Shown in pieces: positions 15,359 to 25,218 of a stretch of DNA of 57,077 nt. The notes under the pieces were generated by a model. That model was not told the DNA's origin, made no database searches, and was given only the letters and a program-made list of their open reading frames with translations. How positions within the stretch are numbered: position 1 is the stretch's first letter; each line of letters opens with the position of its first letter. The DNA is taken from IMG/VR virus record IMGVR_UViG_3300045988_173429; one strand, written 5' to 3'. The stretch is from a virus. The translations under genes and the position numbers were made by a program.

Positions 15359-16091
15359 GAAAAAAGAATCGATAGGAATGCAGTATAAGGCTTTTTCTTT
15401 TGAGACCAAAGATATAACGATCAATTCTGAGAGTCGCAGAATTTCTGGATATGCTGCTATTTTTGGGAACAAGGATAAAGCTGGCGATATCTTAATAAAA
15501 GGATGTTTCTCAAAAAGTATACAAGAAAGAGGGCCTCAAAGTAATGCAAATGATAAGATCATCCACCTATGGATGCATAACATGAATGAACCGGTAGGTA
15601 AAATTGTTACATTAATTGAGGATGATAAAGGATTATATTTTGAGGCAGATATTGATAAAATTGATTTAGGGGATAGAGAAATTACCCAGCTAGAATCTGG
15701 CACAATCAATCAATTTTCTATCGGCTATTCTTACGTTTGGGACAAAGTAGACTATGATTCGGAGAAAGATGCCTTTATTGTAAAAGAAGTCGTATTGTAT
15801 GAAATATCTGCTGTTTCTATAGGTTGTAATGGAGAAACTTATTATACAGGTTTAAAAACTGTGGAAGAAGTAGAAGATAAAGTTATTGAACTACATAGCG
15901 AAATTGAAAATAGTTTGCAGGGATTATCCATTAAAAAGAAAACAGAAATATTGGGCTTATTCTCAAAGTTTAAGGCACTTATGCTAATCAAGCCGGAGGA
16001 AGATATGAAAAGTAGGCTTCGTTCACTTGCACAAGATCAAGCCGCCGTAAACCCAAAGAAAAGCTTATTCCATAATGTGAAATTTAAATAA
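15336..16091 (+). CDS. HK97-family prohead protease
   Basis: ISGYAAIFGNKDKAGDILIKGCFSKSI...HLWMHNMNEPVGKIVTLIEDDKGLYFEADI. Alternative start at 15378. Confidence 0.9.
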   Translation: MAHKLKTKKKESIGMQYKAFSFETKDITINSESRRISGYAAIFGNKDKAGDILIKGCFSKSIQERGPQSNANDKIIHLWMHNMNEPVGKIVTLIEDDKGLYFEADIDKIDLGDREITQLESGTINQFSIGYSYVWDKVDYDSEKDAFIVKEVVLYEISAVSIGCNGETYYTGLKTVEEVEDKVIELHSEIENSLQGLSIKKKTEILGLFSKFKALMLIKPEEDMKSRLRSLAQDQAAVNPKKSLFHNVKFK

Positions 16092-16111
16092 CAACTAAAA
16101 GAAGTAGAAAG

Positions 16112-17620
16112 ATGAGAAAGTATTTAAGAGTACTGTTTCAAAACAGCATGAGAGGAAGAAAAGAAAGATTTAAACTTTCCTGTTCTTTATTTGCAATTAT
16201 GGCATTGTCACTAATTGCGGTATTTACTCTTGCAGCTAATCCTGTGGCTGGTGGTGTGTTGTTGTCTGGTCTTGGTTTAATGGCTTTTATCGACGAATCT
16301 ACGCTTGATGATGATCAGAAAAAGTTTTTCAAGGGGCTGGATGACAAACTGGAAGAGTTGAATGTGAAGTTTTTGAAAGACGAGCTAGGAAAACCGGAAT
16401 ATCTCAAGCAGATTAACGATTTGATAAATGAGTTCAAGCAATTGAATGAAAAGAACATGTCGGATAAGATTGATAAGAAAGACTTTGAAAACTTCAAGAA
16501 AGAGGTTTGTGAACAGCTTGTTAGAATCAAAGGAGCTATGGATAAAACCCCGTCTGGAGAATTTCGTTTAAAATCAATAGATGAGCAGATCCGGGAACAG
16601 GTGAAAGAATATATCACAAAAGATCAAAGCGGAAGAGAAATGGTGGACTTAAAGGCGGCTTGCAAATCTTCTCCTGGCTATAAAAAACAATTTAATCTTG
16701 TTGTTAAGGCTAATACGCCTATAACATCAACTGTGACGGCCGCATCCGGTGTGACGCTGAGTCCTGGAGTTGTATTTGATCCTACTATTTCCGCGCCGCC
16801 TATGGCTGAAAGCGAAATCAGACAATTCGCTAATGTCGCGACTATCAATGCTCGGACATTGGTATATACAGAGCTTAAGGATCCTACAGGAGATGCCGAA
16901 TGGGTTCCTGAAGGCGGATTAAAGCCTTCAATGACTGCAACAATCAAGGAAGTTGTTGTTAATGCAGGGAAGGTGGCATTGACAGCTACGCTGACGGAAG
17001 AAACATTAACTGATCTTCCCCAGTTAGTGGCAGAGGTTCAAGCTGAAATTATTAATAAAATCGGTATTGAAGAGGAAAATGGGATTTTATATGGTTCTGG
17101 CTCTGATGGAGAAATAAAAGGTGTTTTCACAGATATCCCCGAATATTCATTAACCAGTATCAAGGTGGACAAACCGAACAACTTTGATGCTATTATAGCA
17201 GCTTATACACAAGTTGTTTCGACATCTAAAATGAATTATGCTCCAAATGTCGTCCGCGTTAATCCTATTGATTTGGCGAATATGAAGCTGACAAAAGATG
17301 CTAATGGCCAGTATCTCTTCCCGCCTTTTACATTACAGGATGGATCTCTTATTTCGGGAGTCCAGATCCGGCCATCCACTTCCATCACGGAAGGTGAATT
17401 TGTATTGGGCGATTTTAGATATCTGAACATCCGTGACTATGTAGGATTATCTATTACGTTCGGTTGGGTCAATGACGATTTCCAGAAGAACCAAGTGACA
17501 ATGATCGGCGAAAAAAGATTGTTGGCTTATATTAAGTCGAATTACAAGACTGCATTCGTCAAGGGTTCTTATGCCACTATCAAAGAAGCTATTGATTCAT
17601 CTAAAGGAATAGGAGGTTAA
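16112..17620 (+). CDS. HK97-fold major capsid protein with N-terminal scaffold (delta) domain
   Basis: DAEWVPEGGLKPSMTATIKEVVVNAGKVALTATLTEETLTDLPQLVAEV. Coiled-coil N-terminal region. Confidence 0.85.
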   Translation: MRKYLRVLFQNSMRGRKERFKLSCSLFAIMALSLIAVFTLAANPVAGGVLLSGLGLMAFIDESTLDDDQKKFFKGLDDKLEELNVKFLKDELGKPEYLKQINDLINEFKQLNEKNMSDKIDKKDFENFKKEVCEQLVRIKGAMDKTPSGEFRLKSIDEQIREQVKEYITKDQSGREMVDLKAACKSSPGYKKQFNLVVKANTPITSTVTAASGVTLSPGVVFDPTISAPPMAESEIRQFANVATINARTLVYTELKDPTGDAEWVPEGGLKPSMTATIKEVVVNAGKVALTATLTEETLTDLPQLVAEVQAEIINKIGIEEENGILYGSGSDGEIKGVFTDIPEYSLTSIKVDKPNNFDAIIAAYTQVVSTSKMNYAPNVVRVNPIDLANMKLTKDANGQYLFPPFTLQDGSLISGVQIRPSTSITEGEFVLGDFRYLNIRDYVGLSITFGWVNDDFQKNQVTMIGEKRLLAYIKSNYKTAFVKGSYATIKEAIDSSKGIGG

Positions 17621-17624
17621 TATA

Positions 17625-17867
17625 ATGAAAAGAGGAAAAGTAAATAAAAATGATGCAAAGAGTTACAGGTTTGAACCTTCGGATGTATATGAAGTTACCT
17701 ATATTAAGGCTAAACATCATGAAATCGGAGATAAAGATTATGTGTCTCTTCCTGTCGCAATCATGTTCATAAATGAGGGTAAAATAGCCTCTACTCCTGA
17801 AATAGAAGAGGCTATTGCAAAATATGGCATGAGCGGCTTGATCAAATCAAAAAATAAAAAACAGTAA
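17625..17867 (+). CDS. hypothetical head-associated protein
   Basis: 80 aa, directly after the capsid gene. Confidence 0.55.
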   Translation: MKRGKVNKNDAKSYRFEPSDVYEVTYIKAKHHEIGDKDYVSLPVAIMFINEGKIASTPEIEEAIAKYGMSGLIKSKNKKQ

Positions 17868-17870
17868 ATC

Positions 17871-18386
17871 ATGCTTATAGATGAGACATTTTTCACAGGT
17901 GAACTTCATATAGAAGGAGTGATTTCGTATACTGGCGTGCCATCAAAGACTAATGAGGCTTCCAATTACGAACTTAAGTCCTTGATTGCTCAATATGAAC
18001 TTGAATTTTATCATAAAATATTAGGTTATGATAATGCAAAAAAGTTTGTTGGGTATATCGAAAGTGGAGAAGGCGAAGAAAAATGGGATAATCTAAAAAA
18101 CATGTTGGTCGAACAGGTAGGTAATCGGAAGGTATCTCCGGTTGCCTACTATGTATTCTTCTTCTATCTGAGAAAAAATCAAACACAGGCTACGCCTATT
18201 GGCAATGTCGAGGAAAGCTCTTCCAATAAAATTTCGCCATGTAATATCAAAATGATAAACGCATGGAATCAGATGGCCTATATGAATAGGTATATGTCTG
18301 ATTATCTATATGATCATAGAGATGATTATGGCGGATATTTTTTTGATGAGCATTTACTGGAATTTATGAATAAGATGGGGATATGA
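17871..18386 (+). CDS. putative head-tail connector protein
   Basis: Position only. Confidence 0.4.
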   Translation: MLIDETFFTGELHIEGVISYTGVPSKTNEASNYELKSLIAQYELEFYHKILGYDNAKKFVGYIESGEGEEKWDNLKNMLVEQVGNRKVSPVAYYVFFFYLRKNQTQATPIGNVEESSSNKISPCNIKMINAWNQMAYMNRYMSDYLYDHRDDYGGYFFDEHLLEFMNKMGI

Positions 18387-18901
18387 TAAATATCGTAGAT
18401 ATATTCAAGGATATTAGCCGTAATACTTCTATAAGTGTTGGGATAGAAATAAATTTCCTATTTGGGGAATGGGCGCAAATAGCACGGGAAATGGAGATAT
18501 TAAGCAAATCCCCTATCACTGAATCGGGCAAATGGCCACTTCTTGCTCTTTTTACCCCATTTGAAGAAGATAAAGGCGATCCCGATCTATATTGTAAAGC
18601 AAATATTGACCTGATGATAGCTACTCGCACGTTATCTGATTATACCAATGATCAGAGGCTTGCTATTTCTTACAAAGAAATCCTACATCCTGTTTACGAA
18701 CATTTTATTTTAGAATTAGCCAAAGACCAAAGGTTTGATTTTGGATCTAAAAATGTCGTGCCGCACCGGTATGTGGATAATATGAGGTATGGCAGTCGAG
18801 GGGTTTATGGTTCTGACGGGAAAAAGCCTTTTGCGGATTTATTTGACGGAATAGATATATTGGATTTGGAGATAAAAGTAAAGAAACCTAATTGTAGATA
18901 A
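18383..18901 (+). CDS. putative head-tail joining protein
   Basis: Position only. 4-nt overlap with the upstream gene. Confidence 0.4.
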   Translation: MINIVDIFKDISRNTSISVGIEINFLFGEWAQIAREMEILSKSPITESGKWPLLALFTPFEEDKGDPDLYCKANIDLMIATRTLSDYTNDQRLAISYKEILHPVYEHFILELAKDQRFDFGSKNVVPHRYVDNMRYGSRGVYGSDGKKPFADLFDGIDILDLEIKVKKPNCR

Positions 18902-18903
18902 AA

Positions 18904-19752
18904 ATGAAAAAGTACAGAGATTGCGGAAGCGAGATATTTAATACGGGATCAAGCAAATGTCCGTTTGTTCCGGATTATGTAAAAGTGATCATTCTGACAC
19001 CGGAAGATATGGTGATAAAAGATGATGAACTGGAAGAAAAAATAGAAGAAATGATTCATGCGAACCGTCCGGGACGTATCTATCCTATAGGACCTATCGC
19101 GGAGTATGCACCAAGTGGTGGTGAGGCCCAAACGTCTAAACAAGGATATGGTCCTTCTCAAATTACTTCTTACTCGGAGCTTGTTGAAGCCTGGACGCTT
19201 GAAAATTATGATGAAGGACTGTTGGCGAATTTAATGAAGCTTAAAAACGAAAGAATGAGAGCTTTATTTGTGGATAAAAATAACGTTGTTTATGGTCAGT
19301 ATGACACAGATACTACTATTAAAGGCTATCTGATGTCTTCTATTTATCCTTCATCAGTACAACGATTTAAAACGAGTGGAGATAATGCATCTATGGCGGT
19401 TAGCCTGGTGTATGATGATGTAGAAAAGGCTTGGATGGAAACCAAATCTCTTCAGGGGGAAACGGATTTGGTTGAAAAAGCCAAAGGGCTAGTGTGGGTA
19501 GATGTCGTAAAAGTAGGTAATAGTGGATCTAATTATAAGGTAGTTGAACATTATGGCAAATATGATTTGACGACAGCCTATGGGACTTTGCTTGGAAAGA
19601 CAGAAGGTGTGTGGGGGGGTAGTGTTAGTGCTGCCCAATACAATTCTGCGGATGGCACATTGAGCCTGACTAGCGATAGTACACCGACATTATTGAGTCC
19701 AGAGCAGTTGCTTACTGCTGGTATTAAAGGTATTGAGCAATGGAAGTCGTAA
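18904..19752 (+). CDS. virion structural protein (possible major tail protein)
   Basis: 282 aa. Position after the connector genes. Confidence 0.35.
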   Translation: MKKYRDCGSEIFNTGSSKCPFVPDYVKVIILTPEDMVIKDDELEEKIEEMIHANRPGRIYPIGPIAEYAPSGGEAQTSKQGYGPSQITSYSELVEAWTLENYDEGLLANLMKLKNERMRALFVDKNNVVYGQYDTDTTIKGYLMSSIYPSSVQRFKTSGDNASMAVSLVYDDVEKAWMETKSLQGETDLVEKAKGLVWVDVVKVGNSGSNYKVVEHYGKYDLTTAYGTLLGKTEGVWGGSVSAAQYNSADGTLSLTSDSTPTLLSPEQLLTAGIKGIEQWKS

Positions 19753-19928
19753 TGAATGGGGTTTCTTTTAATCGGGATTTATGTTCTAAAATGACAAAAA
19801 AACAATTTTTGGAAGCCCACGAAAAATCTTGTTTTTTAGATCGTAATATCGAAAATAGAAGAAAGATCCTAACGGATGTTTATAGCATTATAAAAGGTAA
19901 ATCAGTTACAAACGAGGGGCTTTATTAG
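19740..19928 (+). CDS. hypothetical protein
   Basis: 62-aa ORF. Confidence 0.4.
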   Translation: MEVVMNGVSFNRDLCSKMTKKQFLEAHEKSCFLDRNIENRRKILTDVYSIIKGKSVTNEGLY

Positions 19929-19946
19929 GTCCCTCTGTGTTTTAAT

Positions 19947-20495
19947 ATGGGTACTATAGCGGGAGTTTCAAATGCCGTAAGGATGTTAAAAAATAATTTC
20001 ATGCCAGAGGTTGCAAATAGCCTTCGTGAAAGTGAGGATCTGATTCATGATTTGATTACCGACCAACTGATGGCCGGACTTGATGAAAATGGAAAACAGA
20101 TAAGACCTACATATCTTCAAGACCCTTACTTCCGGGAAACGACAAAGACGGAAAAAGCAGCAAGAAAAAAAGCTATGTGGTGGAGAGATATGAAAGAGCG
20201 TATCACACCACCTGAAACGTCCAATCTTTTAAAATTCCCTCCCCGAAATAGAAATACGCCTAACCTTATAATAACAGGAGAGTATCATAGAAGTATTACC
20301 CCTGTTGTTGTGGATGGGAAAGACGGAGGAAAGATTATAACCAGATCTATAGGTTTTTATGCTGGGGATAATGCGCTTGAAGAAAAATATGGTCCATCGC
20401 ATTTAGGATTGACGAGAAAAGCAAAAAAGTATTTGCTGGATAATCGTATAAAACCAGCGATTGAAAGTTTACTAAAAAAATATGGATTCAAATGA
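19947..20495 (+). CDS. putative neck/tail-completion protein
   Basis: 182 aa. Weak resemblance to HK97 gp10-like proteins (NLIITGEYHRSI). Confidence 0.3.
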   Translation: MGTIAGVSNAVRMLKNNFMPEVANSLRESEDLIHDLITDQLMAGLDENGKQIRPTYLQDPYFRETTKTEKAARKKAMWWRDMKERITPPETSNLLKFPPRNRNTPNLIITGEYHRSITPVVVDGKDGGKIITRSIGFYAGDNALEEKYGPSHLGLTRKAKKYLLDNRIKPAIESLLKKYGFK

Positions 20496-20698
20496 ATGCG
20501 AAAGCACCTTGTAACTGTTCGTCTCAAAATAAGGCTATGGCCAACCGAGAAAATATGAGAAGATTGGCAAGTAAAGCCGCCAGAATGGATCAGCGTATTT
20601 ATGTTATTATTCGTAAACATGACGATACGTACACTTTCGAACCAATTGACGCAATTGGAACTAACGGAGATATAATAGAATATGTACATTATTTATAA
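20492..20698 (+). CDS. hypothetical protein
   Basis: 68-aa ORF, overlapping start. Confidence 0.45.
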   Translation: MNAKAPCNCSSQNKAMANRENMRRLASKAARMDQRIYVIIRKHDDTYTFEPIDAIGTNGDIIEYVHYL

Positions 20699-20706
20699 CG
20701 ATCAAA

Positions 20707-20979
20707 ATGGAACTTAATGATTTAACTTTTTCACTTCAGAATGGGGTTTATAAAACTTCTTTTCAGCCAACAGGTGATTTTAGAATACATATTAAACGAC
20801 AAGCGTCTGGTCGGTTGTCGTTCTTTGAAACAATAACAGGATCAGATCCTGTTGCTTTTGGAGTTATAAATTGGACTCTTCCTAACTTTGAGGCAAAAGT
20901 ACCCGATGTGACTCCGGGGATGACCATTGTTATTGAAAGCGAGACTCCTGTTACAAAATGCCAATACACTTATGAATGA
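20707..20979 (+). CDS. hypothetical protein
   Basis: 90-aa ORF. Confidence 0.5.
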   Translation: MELNDLTFSLQNGVYKTSFQPTGDFRIHIKRQASGRLSFFETITGSDPVAFGVINWTLPNFEAKVPDVTPGMTIVIESETPVTKCQYTYE

Positions 20980-23035
20980 TCTTGCGTTGAAAACATTAGA
21001 GCCAAGAGAACTGAGGCTAAATACAATTAGTCTTCGGGGGTTCTATGGTAAAAAGCTACGGAAGGGTTCCGGTGGCGGTTCCGGCGACGGTTTCCCGCAA
21101 CTTCCGGGCGATGTTACGCGTTGGCATTTCGGCGGCCTGACGAACGAGATGATGGCGGCTATGGACGATCCTCGGATTGAGGATGCGGATGGCAAAGGTA
21201 GGTTCCTATCCTTCAAGAATTTCGCTTGGAAGGGGATGTCCGGGGTTGGCGGATATACCGAGAACTATGATAGCAATAAATGGTATAAGGTAGCATCAAG
21301 AATTGATACTACTTGGACTTATAAGTCTTTTAATGTAAAATCAATAAAGGACAACAATGCAGCTCAATTATTTTATCAATCATTATCAAGTGATACTGGA
21401 TTTAGGGTTTTATCATGTACTATCAAAGTTTCTGGTTTAACAGACGGACAAGGAATTGAATATGTTTCGAATGAGGCACAACCAACTGTTATAATGAGAA
21501 TTGAAAATGATGGTATATATCATCTACCAAGTTTTGATTTTGGAGCTAAAAATGCTTATTACGGATTCAAGTTCTCAAAGTTACAAGAATCATGCGACAT
21601 CACCATCGAGCAACTTCCCCTCTACCCCGGCGCACTTGTCTTTGACGGAGTAGACGATTGGGCGGGATGTGACAACTTGCCATTATTGCCTAAAGAAAAA
21701 GGATATAGTATTATTGCATTGAGGAATTGGATAACACGATATGATGCAACTCAATATAAAAGACCTTTAATATCAAATCTTGACACAAATGATGAAGGCG
21801 CTTTTTTAATTGAATATAGAAAGGATGAAAATGTAAATGACGTTACGGGATCTTATAATAGTTTTACAGATGTATATATTGATGATAATAACCCTATTAC
21901 ATGGCAAACATCAAGTAGTTACAATGGTCAAATAATAAAAAAAGGAACATCTAAATCTACTAATAAGCTGTGTATTTGTAAAACTTATTTTGGCCAATTA
22001 AGTAATTATGCCAATGCTGCCATTTGGGAAATAGTCATTCTCGATCATGATGCCACCGAAGAAGAACTGACCAAGATCAAAGACTACTTCGTTAAAACCT
22101 ATCCCTGGCTCTTCCCCGACCAGGCATGGACTGTCACCGGCAAAACCAACGAGGACGAAGATCGTGCTACTATTGCCAACATTACGGGCAATGGTAATGA
22201 TCTTGTACTGTTGAATTTTGGGTTTGCAGAAGGGAGTGGGTATGGGTTGTATGCATATAATTTCAACTTGTTTAGTCTTAGAGATGCTACAGTTAAGCCC
22301 ACAGATGTAAAAAAAGATTCGTTTAGAATAATCGGAACTGGAGACAGGGGTAATGTTTTAGTTTTATCAAATGTATCTAATTCTACTGATTGGAAAATAC
22401 GTATTACCGGTATGAAAGATGGTGATCATCTTTTAGCTGGAAACGCAAATAAAAGTGGCGATTATGTTAAAATAACTAAGGATGGTGTATATACTTTCCA
22501 AAAACAATATGCAGCAAATGCTGCGAATGGTATATGGTATAATTCTTCACAAGAAGTAGATGTTTTAGTTGAACAAATCCCCGAATACGAAGGATACCTC
22601 ATTACTGATGGGGTGGATGATAAGATAACTTCGTCTACATTTGAAATGGGTAATGATTGGACTGTAATAGGAGATTGGGAGCTTATAAATACAGGGAAAA
22701 ATGCCAATGCTGGTATTGTAAAATTTAATAGTATAGTCATTTATAATTATAATCCAATACTTATTAACATAAAAAATGGTAGAAATAATTTGATTCCCGA
22801 TCAAAATACCGTTAATGCAATTTGTTCTGATGGCAGGATTTATTCAAAAGACTGGAAAGAATCTATTTATAATGAAGAAACGGAATCTACCAGTAAAAAT
22901 CTCTTAACTATAGGATATTCAGGTAACAGTTATACTAAAATTGCTTTCAAAAACTTAGCGATTTATCCTACAGTCCTTTCCAAGGAAGATTGTATAAAAG
23001 CATATAATTATTTACAAACATTAAAAGCAAAATGA
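20972..23035 (+). CDS. protein with two LamG/concanavalin-like domains
   Basis: Start MNDLALK (ATGAATGA overlap). Motifs LVFDGVDDWAGC and LITDGVDDKITS are typical of Laminin_G_3 domains. Confidence 0.6.
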   Translation: MNDLALKTLEPRELRLNTISLRGFYGKKLRKGSGGGSGDGFPQLPGDVTRWHFGGLTNEMMAAMDDPRIEDADGKGRFLSFKNFAWKGMSGVGGYTENYDSNKWYKVASRIDTTWTYKSFNVKSIKDNNAAQLFYQSLSSDTGFRVLSCTIKVSGLTDGQGIEYVSNEAQPTVIMRIENDGIYHLPSFDFGAKNAYYGFKFSKLQESCDITIEQLPLYPGALVFDGVDDWAGCDNLPLLPKEKGYSIIALRNWITRYDATQYKRPLISNLDTNDEGAFLIEYRKDENVNDVTGSYNSFTDVYIDDNNPITWQTSSSYNGQIIKKGTSKSTNKLCICKTYFGQLSNYANAAIWEIVILDHDATEEELTKIKDYFVKTYPWLFPDQAWTVTGKTNEDEDRATIANITGNGNDLVLLNFGFAEGSGYGLYAYNFNLFSLRDATVKPTDVKKDSFRIIGTGDRGNVLVLSNVSNSTDWKIRITGMKDGDHLLAGNANKSGDYVKITKDGVYTFQKQYAANAANGIWYNSSQEVDVLVEQIPEYEGYLITDGVDDKITSSTFEMGNDWTVIGDWELINTGKNANAGIVKFNSIVIYNYNPILINIKNGRNNLIPDQNTVNAICSDGRIYSKDWKESIYNEETESTSKNLLTIGYSGNSYTKIAFKNLAIYPTVLSKEDCIKAYNYLQTLKAK

Positions 23036-23036
23036 C

Positions 23037-23696
23037 ATGAAATACGCAATTGTAGACATCGTGTGGTGCAAGTCCCACGGAATAGAAGTCCTGCCGGAAA
23101 TGAGGATAAGTACGGATCAAAGCAAGGTAATCTTGCATGAGGAATACCTTGCACCCTTCGATGATGAAGATTTTCCTCGCTATAGTTTTAGCGATCCGTC
23201 TTTTGTCGAACTACTGAATAGTGAAGAATGGACTTATCCAGAAGGAGAACAACCCGTAATCAATAGGCAGTTCAGCAGATTATTGGCTTTGGACGAACTG
23301 GATAAAGAAGCTACAGAAGAGATAAATACATATGACCTTTCCCCGTCGGAAGCCTTACAGGTCAAAGATCGATACCCCGAATGGGAAACCGGAATAAACG
23401 TCAAAACCGGTGAACGATACCGAGTTGAAGATGTCCTTTGGGAATGTGTTAAAGACCATCTCACACAAGATAACTGGAAGCCTAGCACAGCTACCCTAAG
23501 CCTGTGGAAAATAGTAGACGCGGAAGAACATTCCGGCACGATAGAAGATCCTATTCCATATAAGCAAAATATGGCACTTGAATTTAACAAGTACTACACG
23601 CAGGACGGAGTATTGTACCTCTGCATACAGGCTATGACACCGGGACCGTACGATTTAAAGGATGTGCCGGCGCATGCGCAGCCGATAAAGCAGTAA
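23037..23696 (+). CDS. protein with CBM5/12-like carbohydrate-binding repeats
   Basis: GERYRVEDVLWECVKDHLTQDNWKPSTATLSLWKIV. Confidence 0.4.
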   Translation: MKYAIVDIVWCKSHGIEVLPEMRISTDQSKVILHEEYLAPFDDEDFPRYSFSDPSFVELLNSEEWTYPEGEQPVINRQFSRLLALDELDKEATEEINTYDLSPSEALQVKDRYPEWETGINVKTGERYRVEDVLWECVKDHLTQDNWKPSTATLSLWKIVDAEEHSGTIEDPIPYKQNMALEFNKYYTQDGVLYLCIQAMTPGPYDLKDVPAHAQPIKQ

Positions 23697-23746
23697 TGGG
23701 GTTTAAATAACTCATAGATTGATTTGGCTATTCCGTGCAATTTGGC

Positions 23747-23835
23747 TATGTTTGTAACAGCATAACAAAAGATTTAGAGCCTAAGAGCCATACCCGGTAA
23801 GAGTCATATCCTGCGGGGTATGGCTCTTTTTGTTT
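23747..23835 (+). promoter_or_regulatory. late cassette copy 2
   Basis: TATGTTTG at 23747. AGAGCCTAAGAGCC at 23776..23789. Stem AGAGCCATACCC/GGGTATGGCTCT. TTTTTGTTT to 23835. Confidence 0.7.
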
Positions 23836-23854
23836 AATTTAAAATGAAAAAGAG

Positions 23855-24553
23855 ATGAAGACAAATCAGATTATGACTCGCACAATGGGTGATTTCAAAG
23901 TTATCCAAAGAACCTGTGATGGAAAATTCGACTGCACAAGTTTATTATCTCAGTGGAATAGTTCAAATAGAAACAACACTAAAAAGATAAGTGATTATCT
24001 TAGATTAAAAGAAACAAAAGACTTTGTCAAAGCCCTTATGGAAGAGCCTGAATTTAAAGACGGGAATTCCCACCTTTTAGAAAGCACTGATTATAAAGAT
24101 TTTCCCAAATCCATCGTTGCCGTAACAAGGGGTAAAAATGGAGGGACATATATGACACCTCTTATGTTTTTAGATTTTGCAATGTGGCTAAATCCCGCAT
24201 TCAAGGTCAAAGTACTAAAATTCGTTCAAGACGAAATGATCCGATACCGTAATGACGCAGGAGATGCCTATAAAGAGCTTTCATCCGCAGTTATGAAAAT
24301 CGTTCCGAGTCACTTCATGCCTAAAGCGATGCAAAAAATTGGCGAGGCATTGAACTGGATCATTTTTAACTCCCACGAAAAGATGTTACGGAATAAGCAT
24401 GGAGATGAAGCAAGGTTGCGTGAGTTATGGCAATTAGAAAAGAAAATTGCTGGCTTGATAGAAGAAGGATTTATATCAACCTATGAACAGTTGATATCAT
24501 ATCTAAGAAAGCTGTATCGTAAAAACTGGGAGCCAAAAGTACTAACGGTATAA
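23855..24553 (+). CDS. KilA-N domain protein
   Basis: GKNGGTYMTPLMFLDFAMWLNPAFKVKVLKFV. Confidence 0.75.
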   Translation: MKTNQIMTRTMGDFKVIQRTCDGKFDCTSLLSQWNSSNRNNTKKISDYLRLKETKDFVKALMEEPEFKDGNSHLLESTDYKDFPKSIVAVTRGKNGGTYMTPLMFLDFAMWLNPAFKVKVLKFVQDEMIRYRNDAGDAYKELSSAVMKIVPSHFMPKAMQKIGEALNWIIFNSHEKMLRNKHGDEARLRELWQLEKKIAGLIEEGFISTYEQLISYLRKLYRKNWEPKVLTV

Positions 24554-24633
24554 AACATTTTTTGATAAGTCTTCATATAGATCATGCTGGTCTGTGAAGA
24601 TAGGCATGAATATTTTTTAACTTGAATTTTGAT

Positions 24634-25218
24634 ATGGCAAAGTTATACACGAAATGCGATGAGATACCTCTCTGTAGGTTCATAGAGGCATACAATGGGA
24701 ACTTGAAAGCGTTGATAATTTCCGGGAGGTCTTCGGACAAAGAGTTGCGTTTGATTTTCAGTAGAATCATGGATGAATATAACCAAATTATAGAAAATAA
24801 AAATCTACAATTCGCAGTTTCTAAACGTTCTTTGATCATAAATTATTATACTAAAATATCCATTATATCAGCTATATTAAATTTTATAAAACTAGGTGAA
24901 ATAGATAAGATCTCCGATTTGCTCACTATTGTTGACATAAAAAATGTGAATATTGAAACAGTTGCGGATGCGGAGAAATTGATAAATAAAATAGAATCCT
25001 CATTGGCTTATATTCGGTTAAGATTGAAAATGACTCAAGAGCAGCTTGATAGTACCAGTCAAATCAATAGAAAAGTAGATTTTACTAAAGAGCGAATGAT
25101 TTTATCGGCTCATTTCAAAATGCGGATAGATGACAAGACATATACTGCGTCAGAATATGCAAACCTTATTAGATTAATGTTGAACGAAATAGAGGAGGTT
25201 AAAAAATATGGCAAATGA
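24634..25218 (+). CDS. putative tail assembly chaperone
   Basis: Position immediately upstream of the tape measure gene. No frameshift partner seen. Confidence 0.35.
   Translation: MAKLYTKCDEIPLCRFIEAYNGNLKALIISGRSSDKELRLIFSRIMDEYNQIIENKNLQFAVSKRSLIINYYTKISIISAILNFIKLGEIDKISDLLTIVDIKNVNIETVADAEKLINKIESSLAYIRLRLKMTQEQLDSTSQINRKVDFTKERMILSAHFKMRIDDKTYTASEYANLIRLMLNEIEEVKKYGK

Noticed and set aside
20972-23035. Diversity-generating retroelement acting on receptor-binding genes
   Set aside because: I recognised no reverse transcriptase ORF anywhere in the window and no template/variable repeat pair.
24634-25218. Programmed -1 frameshift tail chaperone (G/GT-like)
   Set aside because: Only one ORF precedes the tape measure gene. 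The 11-nt overlap contains the tape measure ATG, and no second overlapping frame extension was seen.
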